From the human T2T-CHM13v2.0 reference genome, Homo sapiens: DNA of 64,000 nucleotides. The translations under genes and the position numbers were made by a program. Position 1 is the stretch's first letter; every line of letters starts with the position of its first letter. The notes below the pieces were generated by a model. The model saw nothing but the letters and a program-made list of their open reading frames with translations. It had not been told where the DNA came from and did not search any database. Of the stretch, positions 41,159 through 59,661 are shown in pieces. The stretch lies in the NCBI RefSeq assembly GCF_009914755.1, contig NC_060930.1, one strand, 5' to 3'.

Positions 41159-43214
41159 GCTTACTCTCTATTACACTGGCAATCTTTTTAGTCTTTACTA
41201 AATGACTTTAACTACTATTTAACGAAGGCTCTCCCTTTTCACAGGACCATTCTCTGTCTCTGAGTTAATGATGATGTCTCTGTTGCCAAACTTCCCATTC
41301 TATAACTTTAATCAAAGTCCCCTGCACGCTTCCTGACCTGGGGCAAAGGGTGGTGGTAGTAGTGGTGGTAGTTTTCAGCCTTCATCATGGCCTCCCTATT
41401 ACAGCTGCTTTTCATTCATAAAGCACCAATTCATAAAGCACTGGTTTGGCATTAGCTGTACTACTGCTTGACTCTTTTCAATTTGTTTTTAATCCCATCT
41501 AAAAATATCTCAATGAAATGAAATGACCCAAAACATCTCAATGTTAAAATCCAGAATGTCAGATGTAGTATGTGGAAGGAGAGGAGAGGAGCTATCTGGT
41601 ATTTATCCACTGGTGGAAAAAAAATATTATTTGGAAAAGTTAACTCGAAGGGGTCCTTTGTTGCTAAACACGAAGCTGGTGTTGCTGTTCTGATGTAAAT
41701 CCTTCATGAAAAACTGCAGTAGATGCACAAATATATTTTTGTAATTTAAAGTGTAAAAAAGCTCGCCATGTAATCTGGACTCTCTTCTCTATGTAATTAA
41801 AGTCATTTTCTAAAGTGTCTAGTATGAAAACACAGAGCCGTAACTGTAGTTTTCAGCAATATCTTGTGAAAACAGCATCTCGGAGCTTAAAATTCAGTAT
41901 GCTGCTTTTTGTACCATATCACCCCAAAACTATTTAAACTGTTTGCTATTTAGATGTGAGTACTGATCACACCAGAAATAAAAGTCAAAGGGGCTCTGGG
42001 TTCGCTGACAGTGTTATTCCAAGTGCCATCCCTGGGACCTGCCATTTTGCCCAAGGAACAATGAAGCATGAGGACACCGAGCAAGGTAGTTTTGATATCA
42101 ATGGGTTACACAACGAAAGCAATGACTCACTAATGAAAAGGCATGTAATAAACTGAACAGGATTAAAAAATGACATCACAAGGTGATTCATACCTTTTAA
42201 AAGAAAGCTCTTTCAGTTCTTTAAGCTATGTTTATATATTTAAAGAAAAATCAGTTTTTTTTTTTTTTTTTTTTACTATAATACAAAGAAATACCTTATC
42301 TCCCTATTCTTGCCAGGACGCTTTCAAATTCAATAGACAATAATTGCTTTAGTAAAATTACCCTCTTTGATAAAACTTGCTTGGATAGTTTAGCATGGAA
42401 AAGTCAGAACTTTCTCTTGGGCAGTTCCAAGTTTAATCAGGTTAAGAACAGATTAATACGGTTAATGTTTCCTTTTTTTCTCACACCTTTTCCATTCTCT
42501 GCTTCTGTTAGTCCTTGTATTACTTCTGAAGCAATGTTCTCCCTTTTATCTACATTCATTATGTATTTTCTCTATTACCACTCACGTTTTTTATAAAGGA
42601 GATAAACACAGAGAAAAACAACTTTTCCATTCAACTTTTTTATCATAAAATGTTGGGCTCTTATCAGGCAAAGTCATAATGAGGAAATTTATCCACTTGG
42701 TAATAAGATCTCAGGTAATATCCCTTTGCTATATTGGTTTTGCAACAAACTGCATCTTCGTTTCCAGACTTAGGAGCATAGTGATGACTTTTTATAAGAG
42801 ATTTTGAAAAGGTATGTTGAAATGTCTCCAACTAAACCCGGCTAGGAGATTGGAAAATTTGATGAGTTTTGTGGTGGGGGTGTATAATAGAGAACTGTTA
42901 GAATAAGGAGAAGTGATGCTGTACAGTGGCATGACAAGATCTAAGAGATGTAAACACAAAAATCTTCCCAAAGATCTTCATTAAGATGTGAACTTCTCAG
43001 AAAGATATATAATGACTATGCAATTTAAATTAATTCTCCTTCTGTCATTCTCCATAGTACCATCCTGTTTGGTTCCATCATAACATCAGCAACAATTGTT
43101 TACAGCTTTGGGTCATTTTTTTCTGTCTTTATGTCTAGACTGTACTATCCATAGGGCAAGTGTCGGGTATCTTCAGCACCAAATTCAATTCGTAGTCTAT
43201 AATTTCACTAATAC

Positions 43215-43500
43215 AATAGTTACTAGCTGTTTTTGGTTCAGCACTTGAAATGTGACTAGTCCAAACTGAGAGGTGTTGGATCTGATTGAATTTTTAGGAC
43301 AGTAGGGAAAAATAATGTAAAGTCTGATTAATGACTTTTATATTGATTACATATTGAAATAATAATATTTTGGATTTATTTAATTAAGCATATTATTAAA
43401 TTTAATTTTATCAGTTTCTTTTTACCTTTTCTAAATGTGGCTATTAGAAATATTAAAATTTCATGTGACTCATGATGTATTTCCATTAAACAGCACTTGT
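43215..43500. mobile_element. MER33-like hAT element
   Basis: agcacttgaaatgtgactagtccaaactgag...aatgtggctattagaaa. Confidence 0.65.
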
Positions 43501-43631
43501 GTAAAAAATTATTATTATATGTTAAATGAATAATGAGTAAATGAATGGATGGTACCTGCATCTAGAGCTGACACTACCTAAATGTATACTATATAACTTT
43601 TAGAGGAGGATACTCAAGAAAAATAAGTCAA

Positions 43632-44420
<789 letters not shown>

Positions 44421-44780
44421 GAAGTGAAATCATCAGAACTGAACTGAGTGGACAGTATAGGAGATCTCAGCATCATACTTAAAATTCTCCCTTTCTCTGA
44501 CTTCTTAAATAAAATATTTTTGGCCACCATGACACATATGAGAACTAGGGAAGATACTCTAGCAAGAGCTGGACAAATTCAACCTACAAGTATAACTCAT
44601 TGGTTATCATGGGGGTTTTTAAAGTAAGCAGCAGCAGGGATTCTAGGACTTAAGTGGAATTGAATAGCACAGCACAGTTCTTAATTTTCCAAGCAAGTGC
44701 TGGATTTGTTAAATCCAGATGTAGGTGTTCCTAGATTTTGTTTTTGTTGTTGTTGTTGTTGAGGGAAAGCTGTTGACATA

Positions 44781-44912
44781 TGTCCCCAATTCTTTACCTC
44801 TTCCAGTATCCATGTCCACTGCTATGTGCCTTTTAGTTTGACCCAATAAGAAGGTGGGATGTCTTTCTCTACCCCTTTTCTTTGTATTTGACCATGTGAC
44901 TTGTGTTGTTCA
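44781..44912 (+). repeat. 132-bp local copy of the pre-Alu sequence 43651-43734 + 44015-44062
   Basis: 126/132 identity by hand alignment; a single copy of the TSD and no Alu. Confidence 0.93.
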
Positions 44913-45434
44913 ACTCCCAGGTTTGTCTTATTACACTGACTACTGAAGAGGGTACTGGCTTTGCCCACTTGGGTCATCCCCCTATGCTGTCCCCAATACA
45001 CTCCTAGGAGGGTCCTTCTACTGCCTGATTCTTTGGGCTTTTGTGATGCCAAATTAGAATAGTGAGAATGCGATAGAAGTGGAATTATAGGTAGAATAGT
45101 AGAGGGTAAGATGAGGAGAATACTATCCTTTTGTAGAAGACAGAAAAGCTCCAACAGGGACAGAGGAGTCTGTGAAAGAGTTTTAAGTGAGAGGACTCAG
45201 ATAAAGTGAGGTTATAGAGAGCAGGGATAGAGAAGGAAAGAAGGTTTTAACAAACGTTTCTGCAGGTTTTGCTATCTGAATTCCCTTTACAAGACTGGAA
45301 ACTGTAGGTAGAAAACTTGAGTTAATTTAATTCACTATTATTTTTTAGCAATACCATCTCTCTTAGATTGGTGTTTGTGGATCGCAGCTTTATGGTAATG
45401 ATTTTGTACAAATAAATTTAATATGGAATGAAGT

Positions 45435-45660
45435 GATGGCATGGTGGCTAGAGTGGACAGAATGTTCAGGACCTATAAGGTTATTCACTGCCCATATCAC
45501 TTACTAGCTGTGTAATTGGACAGTTAACTAAACCATTCTGAGGCTCATTTTCTTCATTTATACCATGGAGAAAATAATGTATTTCATAGGTTCTTCTCAG
45601 GATTAAATAATACGGTGGATGTTAAAATATCTAGCTCATTTTTAGACATAAATGTTAGGT
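45435..45660 (+). mobile_element. MIR SINE
   Basis: cacttactagctgtgta...cattttcttcatttata...ggattaaat. Confidence 0.7.
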
Positions 45661-48600
45661 GAAATATTTGAGCACGATGTTTTCTTTATGAAAATTCAAG
45701 GTTTGGCCTAAAGTCACTGTCCCTGTATCTGTACCTTCAAGCTGTGCTCCAAAGTTAGTAGCTGCAGCTGACTACTTAAGCAGTTGCTAATTGACAAAGA
45801 CATCTCTGTTTCCCTTATAGTTATTTTTGTGGAAGACCAAAAAAAGAAAAAAATCTGTTCCTTACCATCTATAACTGATAAGGAGCTTCCCCAGGTAGAG
45901 AGAACTCAAATGCTGGGAAACTCGGCCAATAAAGAAGTGACCACTTATGAGGGCTTTTAAATTAAAAGGCTGAAAGATCACCTTACATTTGCTTCCATTA
46001 TTATCTTAAGTTTACTTCAAGGAGGAGACAGCAGATGTATACCCACAATCAAAACAGTATTTGATCTCATGATAACATATTACCTTCAGTAGTAAAATTT
46101 GAAAACATACATTGTTACTGTATGGAAATTGACTAGGAACTTACAGAATTCCAGTTTTAATTAGCAATACAACCAGTGAATCACAAGGTGGCATCTAGGT
46201 TTTAGATACTATTCAGTGTAGAAGATCTATATTGAAAAAGCATCAGTAATTACATATCTACAGTTTGCAATTACAACATGAAATGAATAGCTGATGCTAT
46301 GTAGGCAGCATCTTGCCTAAGACTGCACAGAACAAATACAAGAAGAAAGTAGATTAAAAAGATAAATATGCTTTTCTGGAAATTGGAAAGTCCCCATACA
46401 GCATCATGCTTCTGACATAAAATGAAGGTTTAGAGAGATAGGACGGTAATGCACATCCTAACCCACAGTTATGAGACAGAAACAGGTTAGAAAAACATCT
46501 GGTTTTCCTATGTACTTGTGATGTTAATGCTTAGCATTAAATGGAAAGTCAGGATCATCATCAAGAATAATGTCTTGGTATGTGGCCAGCCTACTTGCAT
46601 GGATTGTCACACTGGAACACCAGAGGTGAGAAGAATAGACAACAACAGGACAACCAAGCAGAAGTGGTTTGGGGAGCTGGTGTGGGGACAGCCACAAGCT
46701 GTGAGGACAGATACAGTCCTACAAGGACATTGAAGCATAATTTCAACGGACACTGTGGAGAGCAGTAGACTGCTGAGAAGCTAGAAAGCCTGATAGATTG
46801 CTCTGACACATAGAAATCAGGGACAGTGACTTGTTTTCAAGGCAAAATATCAAGCAAACCTCATACAAACAGCAGACTCCCAGAGTCCTAGGCTTTGCCC
46901 ACACCAGCAGAAGCCACCAACAAACTAGACAGGCGTTATGCATACAGGTGGGAAAGAAAAGCTGCATACATGTGGGACCCAAACCCGGTTAGTAAAACTA
47001 GTGCCAAATCTTCTGGAAAAACACTATGCTTTATACTGACATAAAGGTAAAAATTTTCGTGGAAAGGGTTCAGGCAAGATGTTTCAATCAAATCTCATGA
47101 CGCCACTGAAACTGAAGCTTAAATGGTGGAGCAGGATACATCTTCAGGCTTTGAATGCAGGCAAACTGAATAAGATTTTTCATACACTGACCTAGCCTGG
47201 AAATTCTCAGCAGCTATAACCCAGGATACAGCACTCTACACACATAATGCTTGTATATGAGCTATATTATATTCTCTGTGAATAAAACATCTTAATATAA
47301 CATTGTAGGAACAGTGCTTGTCCAGCATTCAACTATTTCCATGATTACTAACAAAGGGAAATGTGACACAGAGCCATGTTCCATGAACCAAATTACCCAG
47401 GGAAATTACTGGAAACTTGCAGGCATTGCTGAGGCACATGAGTTTTGTAATTTGTCAGATAGCATCCTTGCTTAAGTCACAGTGTTTTTTTGAGGATCGA
47501 AAGTGATAATAGATATAGATGTGGTTTTGTAATCCATCAAGCACTATACATACATTTTGCAAGCTTTAACGTATAATCAAGAGGGCTTCAACAACAATGT
47601 TCAAAGCAGACCTATTACAACTGGCTCTTGTACTCGGTTCAGCTTTAAAAGACAATAAGCTTGTCTGCCAGTCGTTTAAGCTAAGGCAAATAAAAAGTGG
47701 CTTTAATGATACCTTAGGCAACGCTTATACAGCAGTGTTCCTATTAAGAGAAGAAAAGAACAAAATCTCCTCCTCTTCTTAATAGTTATAGGAAATCCGT
47801 CTTCTACTCAAAATCAAGTTTTATATTGGCGCGTTTGTTTAGACCTTACACAACTTCTGAATGTAAGGGTGAGCACTGTTTACCAACTTGTAGTCACCGA
47901 AAAGAATATGGGTTTCGTTCTGCTTTACCAACATAATAAGGAGAATCTTCAAAGAGAAAAGATTTCTCCTTTAGCCAAACTGTTACTTTATCTACACAGA
48001 CAAAACAAAGAAACAAACAGAAAAAACCAACTTTGAGTGAGAAAGTAAACTCTATTCTTCCACCACTCCTGGTTTCATTTATTACGGTAACAGGAAAAAG
48101 AATGAAAAGAAGAGATTAAACAAAACTTACTTCTTTTCTAATATTCTTTTCTTTTCAATGAAAGTTCCCAACCCAAATGAAGTCATTTTTGTAATGCCAC
48201 TTAATGTTGTTTATTTTGCCATCATGGTGGAACTGGTAATTCACTCAACTGTGGGTTATTGTTTCTTATCTTTCTAACTATCCTTCTGAGGTTAAGCTTA
48301 CACTGTTGTTAATCTTGTTGCAACACGGTGGTTCTTCAGCTTTCATGAATTTAACACAAGGAATCATGAGGGAGGTGCTCAGTAATTGTGTAGAGGTGTC
48401 AATTTGAATTGGGAATACCAGCCACTCAAGCAATGAAAGAGTTAACCCAATGGCTGTCAACATATTAGGCTGGTCTTTACTTGTACCTTAGTGATGAAAA
48501 CCGGAAAATTGCATCTTTATGAGAAATGAGAGAGAAACCAAGAATAAGATAAACTCCAAAAAGCAGAAAATGCATGAATTTGAGGTTTGAGACTAGTCCA

Positions 48601-49036
48601 AGAAACAAGAGTGATTGGCAGAAATGTTATTTGGCAGAAAGCACTAGATCTTCTACAATCAATTTATAAATCACAAATTTGTCTGTTTCAAGGTACCAGG
48701 GCATTTCTTATAAATATAAAAAGCTATTCCTTCATGTTTAAAAGTCTGCTGTTAAACACAAATTTAAGAGACTCCATGGGGTTAAGCATTCTGTTTTCTA
48801 GTCATCATTCAGCTTTCTCCATGCCTCTGAGCATTGCTGCATCTCATATTTGCATTTCTAGTCCTTATTTAATATCCGTATTTTTTCTGTTCTACATACT
48901 AGATATCCCAGTCTATGTAAGCATGAATAATATTGAGTAGGGTTAGAAACTTGAATTTTTTTTAAGTCAACAGAAAATTATTTTTCTAATGAAATTTAAA
49001 AGCCTAAACTTATTTTATTAAAAATAATAATATATA

Positions 49037-49343
49037 AGCCAGGCGCAGTGGCTCACACCTATAATCCCAGCACTTTGGGAGGCTGAGGCAGGTGGGTCAC
49101 CTGAGGTCAGGAGTTCGAGACCAGCCCAGCCAACATGGCAAAACCCCGTCTTTACTAAAAATACAAAAATTAGCCAGGCATGGTGGTGCATGCCTGTAAG
49201 TCCCTGCTACTCAGGAGGCTGAGGCAGGAGACTCACTTGAACCTAGGAGACGGAAGTTGCAGTGAGCTGAGATGGTGCCACTGCACTCCAGCCTGGGTGA
49301 CAGAGCGAGATTCCATCTCAAAAAATGAAAAAAAAAAAAAAAA
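49037..49343 (+). mobile_element. AluS (Sx-like)
   Basis: Full Alu with an A/(AT)n tail. Confidence 0.95.
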
Positions 49344-50616
49344 TATATATATATATAAAATATTCACTATGGGCTCCACTAATTATACATACATATGAAT
49401 GTGAATCCTTTTGGGAACTAGATCTATAGTAATTAGTTGGAAATAAGAGAACAACTAATCTTTGTTTAGAATACAATATTATGAAAGATTGCTATAAAAT
49501 TATGCATCTCTAAATAAGAAGCAAACACTAACAGTTTCTTACATAAAGTTATGTTAGTTTTGCTAAATTTACCCAGGTTGTATAATTGATAAGTAATAGA
49601 AAAAAATAAAAAATAAAATTAAAATAAAAAAATTTCATCTGGCAATAATTCAGATATTTACCAGACAGTCATGGGCACCAGGCTGCTGCTATACAATTAC
49701 TTCCTTTGGTTGATGGTTCTGCCGTTCATTCATCAAATATTTATTGCATGTCTGCTGTGGGACCAGTCACTGTATTAGGCTATAGGGATAAAATTAATCA
49801 GTCAAAACAGACAAGGTCTCTTCTTTCATGAAGTTACAGTCTAATGATTCAGACAACTTAATTATTTTCAAGATAGAAGCATAATTTTAGGAAAATAAAA
49901 GTTACAATAATTGAAATAAAAGTTAACAAGATGGTCCTTACATTCTGTGGTTTCAATATATACCAGTTTCAGTTAACACAGCAGTGAGCAAAAGCAAGGA
50001 TTGCCTATAGTATCATATTATTACTGGCTGTTTCAGTCTGGTAGCAGACACTTTAGGTGGAAGACATTGTTTATACCAACTATCTATCCCTATTTGATTT
50101 TTAATGCTTTTCTGTTTATATGCTATTTGAAGATATCCGTGATACTTTTGGTTGTTTCTGCTGATAACAAAAGTGCTACCCAGTTTCTCAGAGTTTTGCC
50201 AAGACTAGGCAATTTAACCAATGAAATACTTGAAATAATTTCCTTGTGATTTCCTCTTTTCTCCCCTACTTAAGAAAGAGACTACATACCTAAAAAAGTC
50301 AACCTCCAGAAATTCATGGCCTGTCCATGTTTCTTTTATTAATAGAGATTCAGCACATATGCACTAATTAATAATTAATCTTTTAGGCCCTTACATGTTT
50401 TTCTTATTCGATTTACCATTTATTACTTGTACTTTAATTGTGTCAACAAATGTCTTTTACCTTACTCAATCATGCATTTAAAGTTACTAGAAATAACTTG
50501 TGTGAATGGCAAACAAGGCATGAGAGAGAATAGAACCCCTTGGAAATCCTGGGATACATAACTATCATTCTACACCTCAAGGCTCCTCTCTGGGTATGAA
50601 GATGGGGACCCTGCAC

Positions 50617-51015
50617 TGTAATGGATGCCCCTCCTCTTTAGAACTGAGGAGCTAATTTCCTCAAGTGCTAAGAGTGCTGGTTGCAGACAAGAGTGTTGCC
50701 CTTGGCTGAAGGAAACTGCCTTGCTCAGGGTACGACCCCTCCCCAGGGGTGTTGTGCATCCAGTGATTGGTCAGTGTGGGATACAAAGGCCAAGCCCCTT
50801 TGCCTCCATTTGGGACAGCTCTGGGGAGCCAGCTAAGTCAAGAGTTCCCATGATAACCTGGGGCCTCTGTCATGACAGTGTTACAGATGAGCCTCTCCAT
50901 CTGTCCAAAATTTTTTTTTCATTTCCTTTCAGCTGTTGTTATCAAAACACTTCCCAAAATTCCAGACACACAAATTTCTCATGGAGTCTATTTCCAAGGA
51001 ACTTAAATGGGGATA
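50617..51015 (+). mobile_element. LTR16A-like ERVL LTR
   Basis: ggctgaaggaaactgccttgc, gcccctttgcctc..tttgggaca motifs. Confidence 0.6.
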
Positions 51016-51418
51016 TTGCACCAAATGAAAAACAAAGATAACTAATGTAAAAATAAATCCATACCGATCTGAAATATTTGTGCATTTGTATCTATTTTCA
51101 TGCTTTTTAATCATTTGCTTTTTAAGTGGGTAAATAACTATTGATATAATAGACTCACTACACAAAGTTATGATATGCATTGCTTAAGACTGAATTTTAG
51201 GGGACAGTCTGAATTCTCTAAGTACTTCTCTGAAAGTACTTAGAGGGATTAAAAAATTTTTATAAACCAATTATCCCATGATGGTGAAATGGGATGGGAG
51301 GAAATTGAATACAAATAGAGATCTGAATTCTTTGAGAGCTAATGACAAATGTGATAGATTTAAAAATTTATATTTTCATTGACTAGAATATGAAAGAGAT
51401 TTTAAAAAAATTATCAGA

Positions 51419-51839
<421 letters not shown>

Positions 51840-53934
51840 TTAATATTCATACTATCAGCTATAACTGTATTCCAGATAAACAGTGAGATTATTGGAAGGA
51901 CAGTCATACTATACTTGCTTAGTGTCTACACTAATGCACCTCACTGGTACATAGTCACTTGCTTATTAAAAAATTTCACTTGCTTACTCATGACTAAAAA
52001 GTTGAGTGTTTAGAAGTCTTACAGATACAGAAATCATTCTCAAGTGTTTTGAGTAAGTAAATGAAGGAGAAAATGGGAAGAAAGTCTATCTACAAAATGA
52101 CTACTATCAGCAAAATATCAGAAGCATGAGAAAACCCCTGAAATGAAATTTTCAGCACTAAAACCTAAGTTCCAGGAAATGCCTCCATGACATTCTGATT
52201 CCATTAAATTAGCATGGGAAAAGCCAATACAGAAATAGGGGTAAATTCTTGAATCAAAGAAAAAGTAACGTATAAAAAGAAATGTAGGTGACTTTGGTGT
52301 TGCAACAGTATTATGTGTAGGAGAGCAGCTTTCCACTGTACTTCAGCAGTGAGGCACTTTCTTCAAATAAAATCTCATATGGAAGCCCAATATGTCGAAC
52401 AGATGAAAGAGGGCTAGCTCTGTTAAAGTTGGAGGTAATGGGCTGGAGGCTATAGTGATGCATATCCCCTCAAATCCTGAGATGCCACTAGAGAACATCT
52501 AGGGCTCCATGACACAGAGTGTAAAAACCAACAGGAGAATTGGAAAGCTCTCAAGTGTGAGCACTTGAGGGAAAGAATTATATTTTATTTTTTTGTTGCT
52601 TCTCAGCATTTACATTCCCTTTCCCCCTTCCTTACAGTATTCAAAATTCCAAGCATGTGGTTTGGATGGAATTCACTCCGTTCTTGTCTTTGGTAGTGGG
52701 CCCTGATTGGCTTAAGCCAGTAGGCATATCTAATCTCCAGGCCACACCAATTGGTTCAGGGTTGAACACACAACCCAATTTGGGCAAATTAGAGCTGCAA
52801 GAATAAATTTCAAATTGTTTTGTGCTTGACTGGTATCTGAAAACACATAACCCCAGGAGCTGCTGATGGTTATATTGTGACAATAATGGAGGAGACCCAC
52901 AGAAATGGAGCCAGCACTGAAGAAGTGGCAATGAGAACCGAAGGCAGTCATCCCATCATTTGAGCCACTGTATCAAGAGTAGTCTGATGCTAGCCTAACT
53001 TCTCAGTTACATGACAATAAATTGTCTTTACTCTTCAAGTCAACTTTTCCTTGTGTCTTCTGTTATAACAGGAAAGCACTGTAACTGGTATCTATTGTAT
53101 CCCAGCACCTAGGAGGGTACCTCACACACAGTGGGTAGCTCAGCATTTGTTGACTGAAAGAGTTAAGAGCCATAAATTATAATTATTTCCTTAGCCCTAA
53201 CTGGCAATTCACTTAACTACTCCAGGTCTTATTTCCTCTATCTTTTAAAACCAGAAAGTTGTTCAGGCTCATCTAAAAAAAAAAAAATCCATTAGTACTC
53301 TAACACTGTAAGTGTCTCTATGCCTTCATGCAGATTATTGCTTAGGTGTTTGTGTCTCAGACAACCTGCAGAGGTTTTAGAGTTAATGTACTGATTCAAT
53401 TCTGTACGAATTTAGCCCACTGAGAATTTTTCATTAGCTGAAGGTTAAGGTGGCTCTGTTCCTCCCTCAGCTGACTGCCTGACTGTGAAATTATGGTGAC
53501 CCTCAAAAGAGAAGCTATACATTGGAGGACTGGGAATGTATAATTCACAGGAATAAAAGCAGGATTATCACTATTTGTTTAAGAATATCCTGAACATCTG
53601 TGGAGGGGGAATGAGCAAAAGTTCTAGATGGTTGCAAGAGAAACTTATGTTATTTGAGGATAATTGTGGGGGTACCTAGAATTCTTAATCAAACTTTCAA
53701 GATGTTTAAGGGCCTCTGAACAGAATGTGTTTAAAAATGAAAAGCAATGCCTTCTTTTGAAAAAAAAAAAAGTCATCTACCTATAAAGTCACTCCAATTT
53801 AAGGCTGATCCTATCTGAGGCTTATGTCAAAGCACCATCATCTTTGGGTCTTCAGAGGACAGGATGGGAACAGAAGTTCTGCCCTTTATGTATTTTCATA
53901 GATCAGGTTGTCTTCCTGCGTAGTCGCAATTTGG

Positions 53935-54500
53935 AGCAATGCTATGCAAGAGAATTATAATGCAAGTGAGCCACATACACAATTTTAAATTTCCTGGTAA
54001 CCACATTTTTTTTTTTAAGTTAAAAGAAACAGGTAGCTGGGCATGATGGCTCATGCCTGTAATCCTAGCACTTTGGGAATTGCTTGAGCCCAGGAATTCA
54101 AGACCAGCCTGGGCAACACAGGAGATGAGACCCCATCTCCACAAAAAATTAAAACTTAGGTGGGTGGGTATTGTAGTGTATGTCTGTAGTCCCAGCTACT
54201 CTGAAGCTGAGGCAGGAGGACCTCCTGAGCCTAGGAGTTTGGAGTTCAAGGCTGCAGTGAGCTATTGTGGTGCCAGTGTACCTTAGCTTAGGCAAGACAA
54301 TGAGACCCTATCTCAAAAGAAACACATGAAATTAATGTTAATTTACTTGCTTTAACCCAATATATGAAACACATTATTTCAACATGTAATCATAAAAATA
54401 TTAATAAGATATTTTGCGTATTTGGATAGTAAGTCTTCAAAATCTGAAGTTACGGCACATTTCAGGTGTTTAGTAGACACAGGTACTTTGTATTGGTCAA
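53935..54500. mobile_element. MER33-like hAT element interrupted by an AluJ
   Basis: gagccacata...ttttaaatttcctggtaaccacatt / tttaacccaatatat...ttcaacatgtaatca. Confidence 0.65.
54035..54314 (+). mobile_element. AluJ with a left-arm deletion
   Basis: TTGAGCCCAGGA and TTCAAGGCTGCAGTGAGCTAT J diagnostics; TSD AAAAGAAACA. Confidence 0.9.
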
Positions 54501-55664
54501 CAAAGATCCAAAGAATCGCTGTTTCCTACTGAGTTTTGCTTAGTTTTGTTTTGTTTGGAGTGGGGTAGGGAGAATCTTAAGAATGCAAATACTATCAAAC
54601 ACTGTAATTTAAATCTGAAGAGCTACCATATTCCTTCTCAGAAGGGCTGTAAGTTTTAATATGGCCCAACACTGGGAAAAAGAAAGAGAATGACAGGAGA
54701 GCAGAGGAGGCTGTGGGCTTGCAATGACTTGCCTCAACTTGTACACTAGGTCTCCAAGTTCAGACATGACACTCAGCACAATTAGAAGCCACCGAAAATG
54801 TTCACACAAGGGAATAACGAGATTCAATTAGTGTTTTAGGTCTTGCAGCCAGTCTGCTTGGCTTCTGTATATTGAATGCATGGTGAGATAGTATTTCAGA
54901 TATTCATCTATTTTTTTCTCCCTGTGTTTCGTTTTTCTCCCCTATTCTCTATTTAAGCAGACAACAGGCCCTCTGCTCATTGCCTCAGGTAAGGAATATG
55001 GCAAGGTGAAAAACAGAAATGTTCTCTCTGGCTCTTTTGATCCAAAATTGCCTTAGAGCAATTTAGAGATTGTGTGCAATGGGTAACAGGAAGAGAATGT
55101 GGAGGTGTGAGAAAATGCAAGGCAGGAAGGGCAGTCCTCCAGGCAGAAAAGAGAGAGGCCTAAAAGGAGAGGAGAAAAGAGAGAGAAGAGAAAAATAAGA
55201 GAAAGGAGAGAGGGTTCTGAATTATGGTGCAGAGGCTCTCTGAGCTCTGTGTCCTGGAAAACAGGATGAAGCGCACTGCAGTGGTGGAGCCTCCTGGCAG
55301 CCAGTGTTCATCAAGGATCAGATTTTCTATTGTCCCTGCCCCACCTGAGATTTGGCACTGTGGAAGACCCTGAACCTCCCAAATGAATGTGTTTAAATTT
55401 CTGGCCATCCTGGCAGGTTCAACATGGCTTCAAAATAGTAAATAGCTGGGGCTATGGAAAATAGTATTAATATAATCTGTTCTGGACACTTGAGTTGTGG
55501 ATTGGGATTCATACCCGTAGGGGTGCTAGGCTGAGGCTATAAAGTCCAATGAAAAGGCTATTGCAAGTCAAGAAAGAGAGTTGAGTCTCTTGAGTAGGGT
55601 AGCAGACCTTCCAGAGAGAGAAATAGATGGTGTCAAGTTCTGCTTAGGAGGCAGAATTGGCAGT

Positions 55665-58324
<2,660 letters not shown>

Positions 58325-58419
58325 GCAGTGTTTGTTAAATGGAGGCAGTAGGCTAAGGAAAGAGGGGATGCAGGGCATAGCCCAGGTTTTTAACGTAGAA
58401 AAATAAGAAAAATTTTGAA

Positions 58420-58660
58420 AAAAATTTACACTTCTGAGGCACTTTCCAAATAGTAGATACTATTCTAAGCTCTTGACAAATAGCAACTCATTAATCCATA
58501 TGATAACCCTATGATGTAGGTACTATTATTTTCCTCCCTATTTTACAGAGAAGAACACTAAGGTTCAGGGAGGTTAAATAACTTATACAAAGTTAGAAGT
58601 AGAACCAGCATTTGAACCTAGAAAATCTGGGTTCACCATTTGGCTTGTACATCTCTACTC
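58420..58660 (-). mobile_element. MIR SINE
   Basis: accctatgatgtaggtactattatt...ttttacaga...gaggttaaataactt. Confidence 0.8.
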
Positions 58661-58844
58661 CTGTTAGATAACAGGCTAAATGAAACTCAAGAATTGATTA
58701 AAACTAACAAGAAACTTATACTAAGAATACCCTGGTTGAGGCAACCCTGTATTTTTGTTATCATGGTCCTGGACATTCAATAACTTTTGTCCACACTCCA
58801 CATCTGTCTTTAATCCCTTTATTTGTATATGTCACGTATATTAG

Positions 58845-59190
<346 letters not shown>

Positions 59191-59295
59191 TAATAAGTTA
59201 TTAAGAACCTGAAATCCAAATATAAATGGTCTGTCTTTCAGTAAATTTATCAAATGAGTCACTAAATGCAGAGACTCCCAACTGCCTTTCCTTAT

Positions 59296-59661
59296 TCACA
59301 AATAAAAGATGGTGTCTGGGGTGATTGTTGTTACCCACATATGCCCTCCTCTGGAGAGCTGATCTGACTCTGTGGGGAGTGCGTGACGATTCCCTTCTTG
59401 TTTCAGGTCTTGAAGACTCAGGATTTCCCTGCTGGGATCCTATGTCTCTACCAGTTCTCACATAAATCTACATTTAGATTGAAAAAAAGAAAACCCAGAT
59501 TCCATTCAGAGTATCAACTTCACAGCCATCAGCAGCAGTGTGATGACAAACAGCAGCATAGTGACAAACACTAGCAGGGCCAGCCCAATGCTGTGCAACA
59601 CGTTTGGGGTAGGAGTGAGACCCAAGGAAGGCAAAGAAATGACAGAGGTGTTTGCAGCCAT
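59296..59661 (-). pseudogene. Candidate decayed small single-pass membrane protein gene (or intact 51-66 aa TM micro-ORF)
   Basis: ATG 4 nt after a putative acceptor; N-T-S sequon; ~26-aa hydrophobic run rich in CTG codons; the same frame continues through 3 stops to ...TPDTIFYL*. Confidence 0.4.
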
